The notes under the pieces were generated by a model that saw nothing but the letters and a program-made list of their open reading frames with translations, was not told the origin of the DNA and ran no database searches. Below are positions 8,961-18,733 of a stretch of DNA of 64,000 bases, piece after piece; positions within the stretch are counted from its first letter, which is position 1; each line of letters opens with the position of its first letter. Both the position numbers and the translations under genes were made by a program. Source of the stretch: Myxococcota bacterium (GTDB lineage Bacteria; Myxococcota_A; UBA796; SXON01); assembly GCA_040386535.1 (NCBI GenBank), contig JAZKFH010000015.1, positions 96,001-160,000 on the forward strand, given 5' to 3'.

Positions 8961-10241
8961 ATGCTCACGCTCCTCGTCCCGTACGCCCTCGCCGCCCACT
9001 GCCCCGCCGAGCCTTCGTTGAAGGATCCGGACGGAGAAGTGACGGTGCTCGCCCAGAACCTGAAGTTCATCATCACGGGCACGAAGCGCAAGGAGCGGGA
9101 CCAGCTGTTCGCGGACTACCTGCGCACCGAGGGCGCGGACGTCGACATCCTGCTGCTGTCCGAGGCCCGCCTGACGCGCTCGTTCGAGTCCTGGGCCCCC
9201 GAGTGGTGCTTCTACACCCAGATCGGGACCGCGAGCCTGGACGGGTACCGATGGGCGCCGATCGAGGCGGGACGCCCGCCGGGGGGCCTCGCGATGGGGC
9301 TGCGCCAGCGCCCCGAGGGCACCGTGCACCAGGTGAGCGGCGAGGCGGGTCGGCGCTACCGGGCCCGCCCCACCTCGTTCGCAGAGGGGGTGCTCGGGCG
9401 CGTGTTCGGCTTCCGGAAGGGGTGGGCGGGGCTCCACATCGACGACACGCACCTGGTGTGGAGCCACACGCAGGCGAGCTACAAGCGGCGGCCCGAGCGC
9501 GGCGCGGGAGAGGGGCGGAGCGGCCGCGCGGGCCAGTTCGCCGACCTTGCGGAAGATCTGGGCCGGCCCGAGGGCGCCACGCTCATCACGGGCGATTTGA
9601 ACCTCCTGGCCGGCTTCGTGCCCCGCCGGGAGCGGGACGAGCGCCGCGTGACCCGCGCCCGCGACATCGACTCCGAGACCGTCGCGCAATTCCGCGAGCG
9701 CACGGGGATCGACCTGGCGTGGCCCTGGGCGCGCGTCGACGATCCCCGCGTCGAGGATGCCCTGTTGGTGGCGGTGCTCCCCGCCGCGGAGGGTGAGCGT
9801 GACGCCGCGCTGAACGGCGCGGGCGCAACCTCGGTCGCCGCGCCGGACATCGTCCTGGTGTCCGCGCCGCCGCCGATGTTGGCGACGCTCGGCCCGGCCC
9901 AGGGCGAGGCGTTCCTCGGGACCTTCGCGGGCGGCTTCGACCGCCGCCGAGACGACGACACGTGGGACGTGGGCGCCGCCTACGATCGCGTGGGGGTCAA
10001 CGAGGCCTTCCTGGCGCGCCATCCGGGCACGCGCGTCCGCCGGGTCGAGATCGCCAACGAGTGGATGCGCGTGAGCGACCACCTCGGCCTGCAGATCGCC
10101 ATCCCGTTCGTGCGGGAAGCCGCGCCGCGGGCGGAGTCCGCCGCGAAGGTCCGCTCCTCCACGCCACGCGCCTGTCGCTTCTCCGATCCCAAGCGGGCGC
10201 CCTCGCTCGCCCGTGGCAAGTCGGAACCGTCGAAGCGGTAG
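8961..10241 (+). CDS. Secreted endonuclease/exonuclease/phosphatase (EEP) family protein, sphingomyelinase-like
   Basis: QNLK, LLSEA, HTQA, GDLN, YDRV and SDH motifs in EEP order; short signal peptide. Confidence 0.72.
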   Translation: MLTLLVPYALAAHCPAEPSLKDPDGEVTVLAQNLKFIITGTKRKERDQLFADYLRTEGADVDILLLSEARLTRSFESWAPEWCFYTQIGTASLDGYRWAPIEAGRPPGGLAMGLRQRPEGTVHQVSGEAGRRYRARPTSFAEGVLGRVFGFRKGWAGLHIDDTHLVWSHTQASYKRRPERGAGEGRSGRAGQFADLAEDLGRPEGATLITGDLNLLAGFVPRRERDERRVTRARDIDSETVAQFRERTGIDLAWPWARVDDPRVEDALLVAVLPAAEGERDAALNGAGATSVAAPDIVLVSAPPPMLATLGPAQGEAFLGTFAGGFDRRRDDDTWDVGAAYDRVGVNEAFLARHPGTRVRRVEIANEWMRVSDHLGLQIAIPFVREAAPRAESAAKVRSSTPRACRFSDPKRAPSLARGKSEPSKR

Positions 10242-10300
10242 CCGCGCAGTGTCACGGTTTGCCGTTGCACCTCCTGGGCAACGCGGACTACGCTAGAGGA

Positions 10301-11065
10301 ATGCGGTCTTCCTGCCTCGTCCTTCTCGGCCTCCTCGGCTGCAAAGCGCCCCCTGACGCGCCAGCCGAGCTGAATGAGCTCGTGGGCTACCTCTACACGA
10401 ACGTGCCCGGCGAGGATCCGGCGCCGCTCGAAGTCGGGGCGGTCAACCTCGATGTCTGGCTCCAGGAGCGGATCGACGAGACCCTCGAGGGCTACACGGT
10501 CAACAACCTCACGGCGGAGTCCATCGAGGCCCTGGGAGAGGGGGAGCGCGACCTGGAGGAGCTCGCCGGAGCGGCGGTCGGCCACGTCAGCGAGGTGTCG
10601 CTCTCCACGCTGGTCGATGCGATCGTGCTCGAAGATCCCATGCTGATCTACGACTCGTACGTCTCGTTCGAGCGAGAGTACGACGGTGACGCGGAGTGTT
10701 TCGCGTCCGGGGAGTGCGACTGGCTCGAGGCCGAGGTGCACGCCTCGTTCGACTACACGCTGATGCAGGTGGAGACCCACAGCCGCGTGCAGTACCGGTG
10801 GATCGACACCTCGCTCGGCAGGGTCTACGCCGAGCGCACGTGGCTGCGCGATCCGGCGGTCGTGACCTCCACCTTCGTCGAGGTCGACCAGCAGTACTAC
10901 CTCCGCGTGGTGCTGCCCGACGGCGAAGGTTCGCGCAGCATCCAGTCCACCTGGGTCGTCGCGCGCCTCGTGGGGGACATGCCGGAGAACGCCGCGCTCA
11001 ACCTGTTGATCAACAGCATGGCCAAGCAGGCCGAGACGCTCGACGAATTCATCCAGGCGCGCTGA
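10301..11065 (+). CDS. Hypothetical lipoprotein
   Basis: MRSSCLVLLGLLGC lipobox; acidic, protein-like composition. Confidence 0.75.
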   Translation: MRSSCLVLLGLLGCKAPPDAPAELNELVGYLYTNVPGEDPAPLEVGAVNLDVWLQERIDETLEGYTVNNLTAESIEALGEGERDLEELAGAAVGHVSEVSLSTLVDAIVLEDPMLIYDSYVSFEREYDGDAECFASGECDWLEAEVHASFDYTLMQVETHSRVQYRWIDTSLGRVYAERTWLRDPAVVTSTFVEVDQQYYLRVVLPDGEGSRSIQSTWVVARLVGDMPENAALNLLINSMAKQAETLDEFIQAR

Positions 11066-11108
11066 CCAACGCTAGCGCGAGCGCCCGCCGCTCGTCTTAC
11101 GCTGGCGC

Positions 11109-12017
11109 ATGCTGCTCCTGATGACTCTCCCCCTTGCCCTCGCCTCCACGGACACGATCGGCGGGGACGACGTCGAGAACGACCTCGGCGACATGATGAA
11201 GCTCGTCGCCATCGAGGTGAGCGAGGCCGCCGTCGTGACCACGTTCGAGTTCGGTTCGGACGGAGGGGCGGACGAGCCGCTGGTGCTCGTGCTCTACCAG
11301 CGCGACGGGGGGAGCTACCGCCTCGTCGAGCAGGTGCCCGTGGCCGGCGGCGACTGGGCCACTACCGGCCCGGTGGCCTGGCTGCTCGAGCCCGACCAGA
11401 CCTACGCGTTCGGCGCCTACGTGCCCGATGGGTTCACGTACTTCTACGACGAAGGCGGGAGCGAGTCGCCGTGGTTCGGGGAGGTCACCGAGGCCTACCG
11501 GGTCGAGGAGCGGGTCCCCGCGGACTTCCGCGCCGAGGGCGAGGAGTACTGGTACCTGATGCGCATCACGTCGGAGGACGCGGATGCGGATGATGACGGC
11601 GCCATCGCCGCCGCGTGGGGCGGCACGGACTGTGACGACACCGATCCGGACCGGGTGGCCGCGAGCGACGAGGTCCCGTACGACGGCATCGACCAGGACT
11701 GTGACGGCGCCGATCTGGTCGACGTGGACGAGGACGGCGAGCCCGCGATCGAGGCCGGCGGCGCCGACTGTGACGACACGACGGGCGCGGTGGCGCCCTC
11801 CCGCACCGAGGTGTGCGGCGACGGCCTCGACAACGACTGCTCGGGCAGCGACGAGGCGTGTGACGGCACCGATCCCGACGACGATCCCGAGGGTGGCATC
11901 GAGATCGTCGCGGACGACTGCGGCTGCGCGACGACGACGTCCCCGCCGGGGATCGCCCTGCTCGGCCTCCTCGCCGCGGCCGCGCTCTGCCGTCGGCGCC
12001 AAGCGCGTTTTTCCTAG
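11109..12017 (+). CDS. Secreted protein with MopE-type (putative metal-binding) repeats and a MYXO-CTERM-like tail
   Basis: DCDD...YDGIDQDCDG and CGDGLDNDC repeats; C-terminal CGC, hydrophobic stretch, RRR. Confidence 0.8.
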   Translation: MLLLMTLPLALASTDTIGGDDVENDLGDMMKLVAIEVSEAAVVTTFEFGSDGGADEPLVLVLYQRDGGSYRLVEQVPVAGGDWATTGPVAWLLEPDQTYAFGAYVPDGFTYFYDEGGSESPWFGEVTEAYRVEERVPADFRAEGEEYWYLMRITSEDADADDDGAIAAAWGGTDCDDTDPDRVAASDEVPYDGIDQDCDGADLVDVDEDGEPAIEAGGADCDDTTGAVAPSRTEVCGDGLDNDCSGSDEACDGTDPDDDPEGGIEIVADDCGCATTTSPPGIALLGLLAAAALCRRRQARFS

Positions 12018-13231
12018 TTCCCGCGCGCTTCCCAGTCCGCGAGGAGGACCGCCTCGAACTCGGCCCAGTCGCCAAAACCGGTCGACCCGTAGAGCACGTT
12101 GCCGTCGGGGTCCACGAGGATGACCGCGGGGTAGCTCATGCCGGACTCGATGCCGAGGTAGTCGGGAAAGAGGGCGTAGCCCGCGCCCTTGTCAGCGAGC
12201 ACGGGGGAGGTGAGGCCGAAGGTCTCCGCCCAGTCCACCAGCACGTCGGGGGCCGCCGGCTTGTTGATGGCGCCGAGCGACTCGTTCAGGAGCGTGATCA
12301 TCTCGACGGGGGCGCACTCGGCCTCCATCCGCGCCTTGAAGGCCTCGGCGCCCTCGGCCATCGCCTGGCACGGCCCGCAGTCGGGGGAGGACGAGTCGAT
12401 CACCAGGTAGTGACCGAGGAAGTCCCACAGATCGACCGCGTCCCCGCACTGGTCGTCCAGGCGCACGTTGGGGAAACGCTCGCCGTTCGCGACGGTCCAT
12501 CCGCTGTTGGGCCCGCCGGGGTTGTTCAGGGTCCAGCCGCACGCGTAGGGCTCGGTGCGCGCGCCGGTCACGTCCGCGAGCAGCACGTCGGGTGACTCCG
12601 CCACGGTCAGCTCGCCGCTGGCCGCGAGGATCATGCTGCCGCCATCGTCGAGCGGCGTCTCGTCCTCCCAGGCCACCGCGAACGCGCCCGCGTCCCCGAC
12701 GATCGCGCCCATGTCGGCCAGGGATACGTTCTCGTTGCCGGCGCGGAAGAGGTGGGTCTCGCCCTCGACCTCGCCGAGCCCCAGGTGCTCCACCCGGTCG
12801 GCCTCCGACGTCGAGATCTGCAGGTAGCAGTCCTCGTAGCCCTCCGTCATCACCGCGCTTCCCGTCGTGATGAGGGAGCACTCGGGGCAGATGTAGCCCT
12901 GGTCGCCCACCTCGGTCTGGGTGTAGGCGCGGGTGTAGGTGCAGTCGACGAAGCCGAGGGCCTCGGCCTCGGCGTCGAACCCGAGGGTCCAGGTGACGGT
13001 GCCGGTGAGGGTCGCGGCGGCCCGCGGCGCGTTCCCCGTGTCCTTCGTGTCGGGCGGGGGCGGCACTTCGGCGCAGGAAGGGCCGGGCTCGGTGTCGGTG
13101 TCCGTCTCGCCGCCGGTGTCGTCCCCGTCGGTGTCGGCCGTGTCGGCGTCGGGGAGATCGGTGTCGACCGGGTCGACCTCCGCGGTGTCCTTGGAGTCGG
13201 GCGAGCAGGCGAGCGCGAGGAGGAGGAGCAT
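12014..13231 (-). CDS. Lipoprotein with a C-terminal redoxin (TlpA-like) domain
   Basis: MLLLLALAC; FPNVRLDDQCG..VDLWDF; CGPC; SYP..ILVDPDG. Confidence 0.75.
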   Translation of the reverse strand: MLLLLALACSPDSKDTAEVDPVDTDLPDADTADTDGDDTGGETDTDTEPGPSCAEVPPPPDTKDTGNAPRAAATLTGTVTWTLGFDAEAEALGFVDCTYTRAYTQTEVGDQGYICPECSLITTGSAVMTEGYEDCYLQISTSEADRVEHLGLGEVEGETHLFRAGNENVSLADMGAIVGDAGAFAVAWEDETPLDDGGSMILAASGELTVAESPDVLLADVTGARTEPYACGWTLNNPGGPNSGWTVANGERFPNVRLDDQCGDAVDLWDFLGHYLVIDSSSPDCGPCQAMAEGAEAFKARMEAECAPVEMITLLNESLGAINKPAAPDVLVDWAETFGLTSPVLADKGAGYALFPDYLGIESGMSYPAVILVDPDGNVLYGSTGFGDWAEFEAVLLADWEARGN

Positions 13232-13268
13232 GACCCATTCTATCCGCAACGCCGAAGCCCGAGCGCCT

Positions 13269-13823
13269 CTACTTCACCCGGCAACAGTCCTTGAGGCCCG
13301 CGATCGTGGAGGGGCCGATGCCGGACACGTCGTCCAGCGCGTCACAGCTGGCATAGGGCCCGTTGTCCACGCGATGTTGGAGGATGGCGGCGGCCTTCGA
13401 GGCGCCGATGCCGGGGAGATCCTCCAGCGCGATCGCGTCGGCGGTGTTGATGTTGATCGAGCAGGTACCGCTCGGGGCCGGCGCGCTGGTCGTCGCGAGC
13501 GTCACGACGCTCGCACCGCTCGTCTTGGTCTCGCTCGGGGCCGCCCCGCCGCCCGCCGCCGGCTTCCCGCCCTTGCCGACGGTCACCTGCTCGCGGAGGC
13601 TCGCCAACGTGGAGGCGCCGATGCCGGGCACATTGTCCAGGTCGTCCACCGCGGTGAACGGGCCGTGCTCGGTGCGGTACTGGATGATCGCGGCGGCCTT
13701 GGAGGGCCCGATGCCGGGGAGGGTCTCGAGCTCGGAGGCGTCGGCCGTGTTGACGTCGACCGCGGCGTCCGCCGGCAGCGCGATCGCGAAGACGAAGAGC
13801 AGGCAGACCAGGAGCTTGCGCAT
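13269..13823 (-). CDS. comEA: ComEA-like DNA-binding protein with two helix-hairpin-helix domains
   Basis: Two copies of (V/I)NTA...L..LPGIG.SKA.AI..R...GP; signal peptide. Confidence 0.85.
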   Translation of the reverse strand: MRKLLVCLLFVFAIALPADAAVDVNTADASELETLPGIGPSKAAAIIQYRTEHGPFTAVDDLDNVPGIGASTLASLREQVTVGKGGKPAAGGGAAPSETKTSGASVVTLATTSAPAPSGTCSININTADAIALEDLPGIGASKAAAILQHRVDNGPYASCDALDDVSGIGPSTIAGLKDCCRVK

Positions 13824-13866
13824 GAGAACCTCGGAAAACGCTCGGGGGAGCCTCGGGGCGGAGAGG

Positions 13867-14082
13867 CTAGAGATCGAAGCTGCCGGGCCCCTGGGAGGTG
13901 CGGGCGCGCAGGCGCGCGAGGCGCTGCTCCGCGTCGTCCGTGCTGGCGGGGGGCAACACCGTGAAGGCGAGGCGATCGCCCTCCTTGACGCCGGGCGGGA
14001 GCTCGGTGAGCGGCACGTCGACCGTGCGGCCGGCGATCTCCACCACGGCGGTGTCCTTCTCGATGCGGTCGACGATGATCAT
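13867..14082 (-). CDS. DUF3006 family protein
   Basis: IVDRIEKDTAVVE...LPPGVKEGD pattern; GGAGG SD; adjacent to a ComEC-type MBL gene. Confidence 0.8.
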   Translation of the reverse strand: MIIVDRIEKDTAVVEIAGRTVDVPLTELPPGVKEGDRLAFTVLPPASTDDAEQRLARLRARTSQGPGSFDL

Positions 14083-14093
14083 CCAGCCTCCCT

Positions 14094-15251
14094 TCACGGT
14101 TTGCAGCAGCCGGCCGGCCGACGGCCGGCGGCCACGGCCTGTTCCTTCGTCTCATAACAGACGAGGTTCGACGGGGAGATCCGCGCGGCGTTGCCGCAGC
14201 TCGCCTCGTGGAACACCTCGCTGGAATTGCTGGCGGGGAACGCGCACGCCTCGGCGGGCATGTTGTCGACCGCGGCGGGGGTCAGATCGTGTGTCGGGCG
14301 CGCGGGGTGGCTCTCCGCGGCTCCCCGCTCCTCGTCACCCCGCCCGATCGCGGCGGCCGAGGGAGCGGGGTGTGCACCAGCGGGCGCCGGCCGCGCACCC
14401 GTGGGCGTGGTGGTGGCGACGGCCTTGAGCTTGGAGGCGCCCTTCGTCTCCACCTCGATCTTCTTGCCGTCCGACAGCAACGTGATCTGCCCGTTCAGAT
14501 CGGTGCGGTAGATGGCCGCGCCCGTCTTCTCCAGGCGGTCCATCGTCTCCTCGCCCGGGTGCCCGTAGCGGTTGCCGGTGCCGACGCTGATGACGGCGAT
14601 GTCCGGCTTGACGGCGGCGAGGAACGTGTCGGTGGAGGAGTGGTTGCTGCCGTGGTGCGCCACCTTCAACACGTCGCACTGGCCGAGGCCCGCGGCCACG
14701 AGGGCGCGCTCGGTGGGCTCCTCGGAGTCCCCCGTGAAGAGGAAGCAGTCGTTTCCGTGCGTGAGGCGGGTCACGACGGAATTCGAGTTCAGGTCGGAGC
14801 GCGTGTCCTTGAGCGGCGTGCTCGGAGGAAACAGCACCTCGAGCACCGCGCCGTCGTCGAGCTTGAACGACATGCCGACGAGCCCGCTCCGGTACGGGAT
14901 CTCCTTGACCTCGATCCGCGACATCACGCCCTCGTAGGTGCGCGTGGTGTGCGGCAGGCCGTTGTCGATGAAGTTGCGGACCGGGAACGCGTCGAGCACC
15001 TCGTCCATCCCGCCGATGTGGTCGGCGTGCGGATGGGTCGCGATGACGAGGTCGAGCGTGGTGACGCCGAGCCCCGTGAGGAGCTTGGGGACGTTCACGT
15101 TGCCGTCCCCCGCGTCGATGAGGATCGTCTTGTCGGCCGGCGTCCGGATGAGGATCGCGTCGCCCTGGCCGATGTCGAGGATGTCGACGCGCACGACTCC
15201 CGCCCAGGCCTGGGCGAGCGTGCCGAGGAGGAGGAAGAAGAACGGCGGCAG
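14094..15251 (-). CDS. ComEC/Rec2-type metallo-beta-lactamase hydrolase with a C-terminal Ada-like metal-binding domain (start uncertain: CTG 15251 or GTG 15194)
   Basis: DIGQGDA, THPHADHIGG, NSNSVV, FTGD, LKVAHHGS, NRYGHP, YRTD; C-terminal VFHEASC...AVAAGRRPAGCCKP. Confidence 0.85.
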   Translation of the reverse strand: MPPFFFLLLGTLAQAWAGVVRVDILDIGQGDAILIRTPADKTILIDAGDGNVNVPKLLTGLGVTTLDLVIATHPHADHIGGMDEVLDAFPVRNFIDNGLPHTTRTYEGVMSRIEVKEIPYRSGLVGMSFKLDDGAVLEVLFPPSTPLKDTRSDLNSNSVVTRLTHGNDCFLFTGDSEEPTERALVAAGLGQCDVLKVAHHGSNHSSTDTFLAAVKPDIAVISVGTGNRYGHPGEETMDRLEKTGAAIYRTDLNGQITLLSDGKKIEVETKGASKLKAVATTTPTGARPAPAGAHPAPSAAAIGRGDEERGAAESHPARPTHDLTPAAVDNMPAEACAFPASNSSEVFHEASCGNAARISPSNLVCYETKEQAVAAGRRPAGCCKP

Positions 15252-15266
15252 GAGGGACCCCGGAAG

Positions 15267-16487
15267 CTAGGGGAGGGCCGAGAACCAGACGGTGCGATTC
15301 GTGTAGTCGTAGCTCGCGACGTATCGGACGCCCTCGATCTCGACGGTCTCGTTGTGGAAGCCCACCGCCGCGCCCGTGACGCCCACGGTTTCCAGGGCCC
15401 AGCTGCCGCTGCTCTCGCGGGCCAGCTTCATGTCGTTGTTGGCGCCGTCGAAGTACACGATGCCCGGGGCGCTGCCGCTTCCGTAGATCGCGCTGTCGGC
15501 ACCCACGTGGTCACCCGTGTCGACGGTCTCCAGATCCCAGGGCCCGCCGGCGCGACCCGTGGCGAGCTTGAGATCGCCGTTGGTCACGTCGTGGTAGCTC
15601 ATCGCGATGCTCGCGCCGTCCACCAGCAGGTCGGGCCACTGGCCGACATCGCCTGTCTCATCCACGACCTCGATCGAGTACCCGCCGACGTTGCCGCTCG
15701 CGAGGCGCAGCGCGCCCCAGGCACGGTCGTAGAAGGCGATGTACTCGGTCCCGTCCGCCGCGATGACGATCTGGGTGTACTCGCCCGCGTTCCCGGGCAC
15801 CGCGTCCACCGCGGTGTCGGTCGAGGTGGAGTCGGTGCCCTCGTAGACGACGGCGGCGGTGAAGGCCGTGCCGGTCCACCTCGCGACGCGGAGGGCGCCC
15901 TTCGCGGCGTCGTAGTGGGCGGCGACGGGGTTGCCGGACGGGTCGATCGCGATCGACGCCCAGTACCCGGAGTCGAAGCTGGGGCCGCCGCCCGTGTCGG
16001 CGTTGCCGATGGCCCAGGCGCCGGTCGGCGCGCGCGTGGCGTACTTCAGGACGCCGTTGCTCGAGTCCTGGTACACGACCCACACCGTGCCGTCCGTCGC
16101 GACGGCCATGGCGCTGTACTTGCCGGCGTCACCGGGGTTCAGGCCGGTCGCGTCGGGGTAGCTGTCGACCTGCTCGATCGCCCAGGTGACCGCGCCGTCG
16201 TTCAGGGTGCCGATGGCGAAGCCGAGGGCGTCCGACGTGCGGTCGTAGAAGCTGATCGCGGGCCGCCCGTCGGGCATCACGCCCATCGAGAGCCAGGAGC
16301 CGATGTCGTGGGGGTCGGCCACGGGGTCGACGCCGATGGGATCGGTGTCGGTGTCGGGCGGCTCCTTCCGGCAGCCGTTGCAACCGGGCAGGATCAGGGC
16401 GGCCAGCACGGCCCACGTCCGCAGGCCTGTTCCAAGGCCGTTCCGGACGCCGCTCCGGGCACTGAAGAAGGGCGCGGACACGCGCAT
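15267..16487 (-). CDS. Lipoprotein with beta-propeller-like repeats
   Basis: Repeating W..E.VD....G...S.A.D..G...I.YYD....L..A units; LPGC lipobox. Confidence 0.75.
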   Translation of the reverse strand: MRVSAPFFSARSGVRNGLGTGLRTWAVLAALILPGCNGCRKEPPDTDTDPIGVDPVADPHDIGSWLSMGVMPDGRPAISFYDRTSDALGFAIGTLNDGAVTWAIEQVDSYPDATGLNPGDAGKYSAMAVATDGTVWVVYQDSSNGVLKYATRAPTGAWAIGNADTGGGPSFDSGYWASIAIDPSGNPVAAHYDAAKGALRVARWTGTAFTAAVVYEGTDSTSTDTAVDAVPGNAGEYTQIVIAADGTEYIAFYDRAWGALRLASGNVGGYSIEVVDETGDVGQWPDLLVDGASIAMSYHDVTNGDLKLATGRAGGPWDLETVDTGDHVGADSAIYGSGSAPGIVYFDGANNDMKLARESSGSWALETVGVTGAAVGFHNETVEIEGVRYVASYDYTNRTVWFSALP

Positions 16488-16583
16488 GCGGACTCCCGAT
16501 CAGCGCGAACGGTACCACCGCGGCAGCCCTACGTCAACCATGGGGGAAAGCTGCGTCCGTACTGGACAGTTGAGGGTGTCGGC

Positions 16584-17951
16584 CTACAAACCGAGGCGGA
16601 AGCTGTTCGAATACAACCAGGGATAGGTGCGGACGAGGCTGGCCGCCTGATCGTCGAGAAAGCCGACGAGGTGGTGCGGCACGATGTCGACACGCGCCCG
16701 GTACACGCCCGCCTCGGTGACGGGGAAGCTGCCGCACCCCGTCTGCCACGGCGCCCCGTCCTTGTAGACGGTGACGGTGATCGCGGGATCCGCCCCGCTC
16801 CGCGGCGACGTGGCCGCGAGGGTCGGGCACGTGACCTCGAGCGTGCCGCCGAGCGCGCCGCCGCCGCCCATCTCGGCGCCGCCGTAGCCGACGTGGAACC
16901 CCGCGGGCGTGCCGAGCACCTCGAACGCGACGAAGAGACGCCCGGCAGCGATGGCGGCCTGGACCTCTTCCGGCGAGTCGCCGTCGACCAGCGCGATGTT
17001 GCTGAACCAGCTGATCATGCGCCGGTAGGAGTCGACGCGCTCGCCGTCCGAGAGCAGGTTCGGCAGCGTGTTCTCGTGCGCGTCCGTTCCCGCGGTGCCG
17101 ACGGTGGGCGCCACCCGGGAGAGGGCGTCCCACCGCTCCAGCGAGATGCTCTGCTCCTCGAAGAAGCCGAGGAACGCGAGATCCGGCACCGCGTCGGTGT
17201 CGCCGCTCATGAAGGGGCCGATGGCGTCGAGGTAGCCGAACGGTTCGAGGCCGAGGTCCTCCTCGCGCTTCGTGGGATCGACCATCGCGTGCAGGTTGAA
17301 GATCTCGACCCCGGCGAGGCCGTTCGCCTGCCGCTCCAGCAACAACTCGAGCGTCTTGCCCTCGGTGTGGGCCTGCAGAACGGTGGCGCCCGCCGCAATC
17401 TCCGCCGCCAGCGCCTCCGCGTCGGACCCGTTGTAGAGCCGCTCGCGCTCTTCGGGTGTGTCGGCGACCGGGCGATCGAGCCCGATCGGCATCAGCTCGT
17501 CCTCGATGCCCGGGAGGGTGAGCACGCGGTGCCCGTCGTCACAGAGGATGCGGTTGGCGACGCCGCCCACGACCTCGTCCCCCTCCCGCGAGAGCAGGGT
17601 GTCGGCGAACGCCTGCGCCGCGGCGTGCGCCGGATGGTCGGTGATCATCGCGAAGTCCATCGCGTTCGCGCACAGCCCTCGGCGCAGGTTCGCGAGGCAG
17701 GCCTCGTCGGGCGCGCCGTCCGGCATCGGGTCCCCGTCACACGCGTCGTGGGAGTAAGGGGAGTGCAGGTGCACGATGCCGCGCCGCCACGCCCGGCCCG
17801 CCGGGGAGGACTCGGCGAGGGGCGCCCGGGTGGCCGACCACGGCACGTCCACCGGGGCGCCAGGCGCGGTGTCCGGAGGATCGCTGTCGACGGTGTCGGA
17901 CGGGGCGCCGGTGCAGGCGCCGAGGAGCAGCAAGAGGTGGCGCAATGGCAA
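16584..17951 (-). CDS. PHP-domain metallohydrolase lipoprotein (TTG start inferred)
   Basis: GIVHLHSPYSHDA, AMITDH, AHT, VEIFN, GTDAH; LLLLLGAC lipobox. Confidence 0.72.
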   Translation of the reverse strand: MPLRHLLLLLGACTGAPSDTVDSDPPDTAPGAPVDVPWSATRAPLAESSPAGRAWRRGIVHLHSPYSHDACDGDPMPDGAPDEACLANLRRGLCANAMDFAMITDHPAHAAAQAFADTLLSREGDEVVGGVANRILCDDGHRVLTLPGIEDELMPIGLDRPVADTPEERERLYNGSDAEALAAEIAAGATVLQAHTEGKTLELLLERQANGLAGVEIFNLHAMVDPTKREEDLGLEPFGYLDAIGPFMSGDTDAVPDLAFLGFFEEQSISLERWDALSRVAPTVGTAGTDAHENTLPNLLSDGERVDSYRRMISWFSNIALVDGDSPEEVQAAIAAGRLFVAFEVLGTPAGFHVGYGGAEMGGGGALGGTLEVTCPTLAATSPRSGADPAITVTVYKDGAPWQTGCGSFPVTEAGVYRARVDIVPHHLVGFLDDQAASLVRTYPWLYSNSFRLGL

Positions 17952-18036
17952 GCCCGCTCGGGCTGGTATAGCATGGGCCCGCACGTCCGCTCGGCCGCCA
18001 TCGGCCGCGTTCGCGTGCCTCCTCCCGGGTATCCTC

Positions 18037-18540
18037 ATGAAGTTCATGCTCCCTGTCGCCGCCGGTATGTTCGTGGCCGCCGGCTCCTGTTGCTGCTGCG
18101 GCGGCGCCGACATGGAAGAGGTGATGCGCGGCTTCGAGGAGGGCATGAACGAGGGCAGCGCCACCCCCGACATCGACGCGTACGAGGCCGGCGCCGAGGC
18201 CGCGCCGAGCGGCGCTGCCGTCATCAGCGGCGGCACCACCGACGGCCTCTGCGGCCGCTTCAAGTCCGACGGCATGTCGCTCCCGAGCGGCTTCAACGTC
18301 ATCGGCTGCACCACCACCGCGGGCACCGAGTCCCTCCTGGCGATGGGCGCCACGCCCCCCAAGGAGGTCTGCGCGTCCGTGAAGAGCTGGGCCACGGGCG
18401 CCGGCTGGAACGTGGAGTCCGAGGTCGACATGTCCGGCACGGTCGCCATGTCGCTCAAGAACGGCGGCAACCGCATGTCGCTCTCCTGCACGGACAGCAC
18501 CGGGCAGACCTCGATCGCGGTCAGCATCACCGCGGGGTAG
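18037..18540 (+). CDS. Hypothetical exported protein with a CCCC motif
   Basis: MKFMLPVAAGMFVAAGSCCCCGG; typical GC3-rich codon usage. Confidence 0.7.
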   Translation: MKFMLPVAAGMFVAAGSCCCCGGADMEEVMRGFEEGMNEGSATPDIDAYEAGAEAAPSGAAVISGGTTDGLCGRFKSDGMSLPSGFNVIGCTTTAGTESLLAMGATPPKEVCASVKSWATGAGWNVESEVDMSGTVAMSLKNGGNRMSLSCTDSTGQTSIAVSITAG

Positions 18541-18591
18541 GTACCGGGCGCCCCGATTGCTTCGGCGCCGTGGGCGTACTACGCTCGTAAT

Positions 18592-18672
<81 letters not shown>

Positions 18673-18733
18673 TCTTTCAGGGCGTTCGTGGAACGGCTGC
18701 GCCGCCTCACCCGCCGCCATCAGCCCGGCGCCT

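Noticed and set aside
14208..18590. 1460-aa plus-strand ORF and similar long Arg/Gly-rich ORFs (5299-7536, 36634-39141, 45575-48424)
   Set aside because: Antisense or off-frame to well-supported genes, with no motifs
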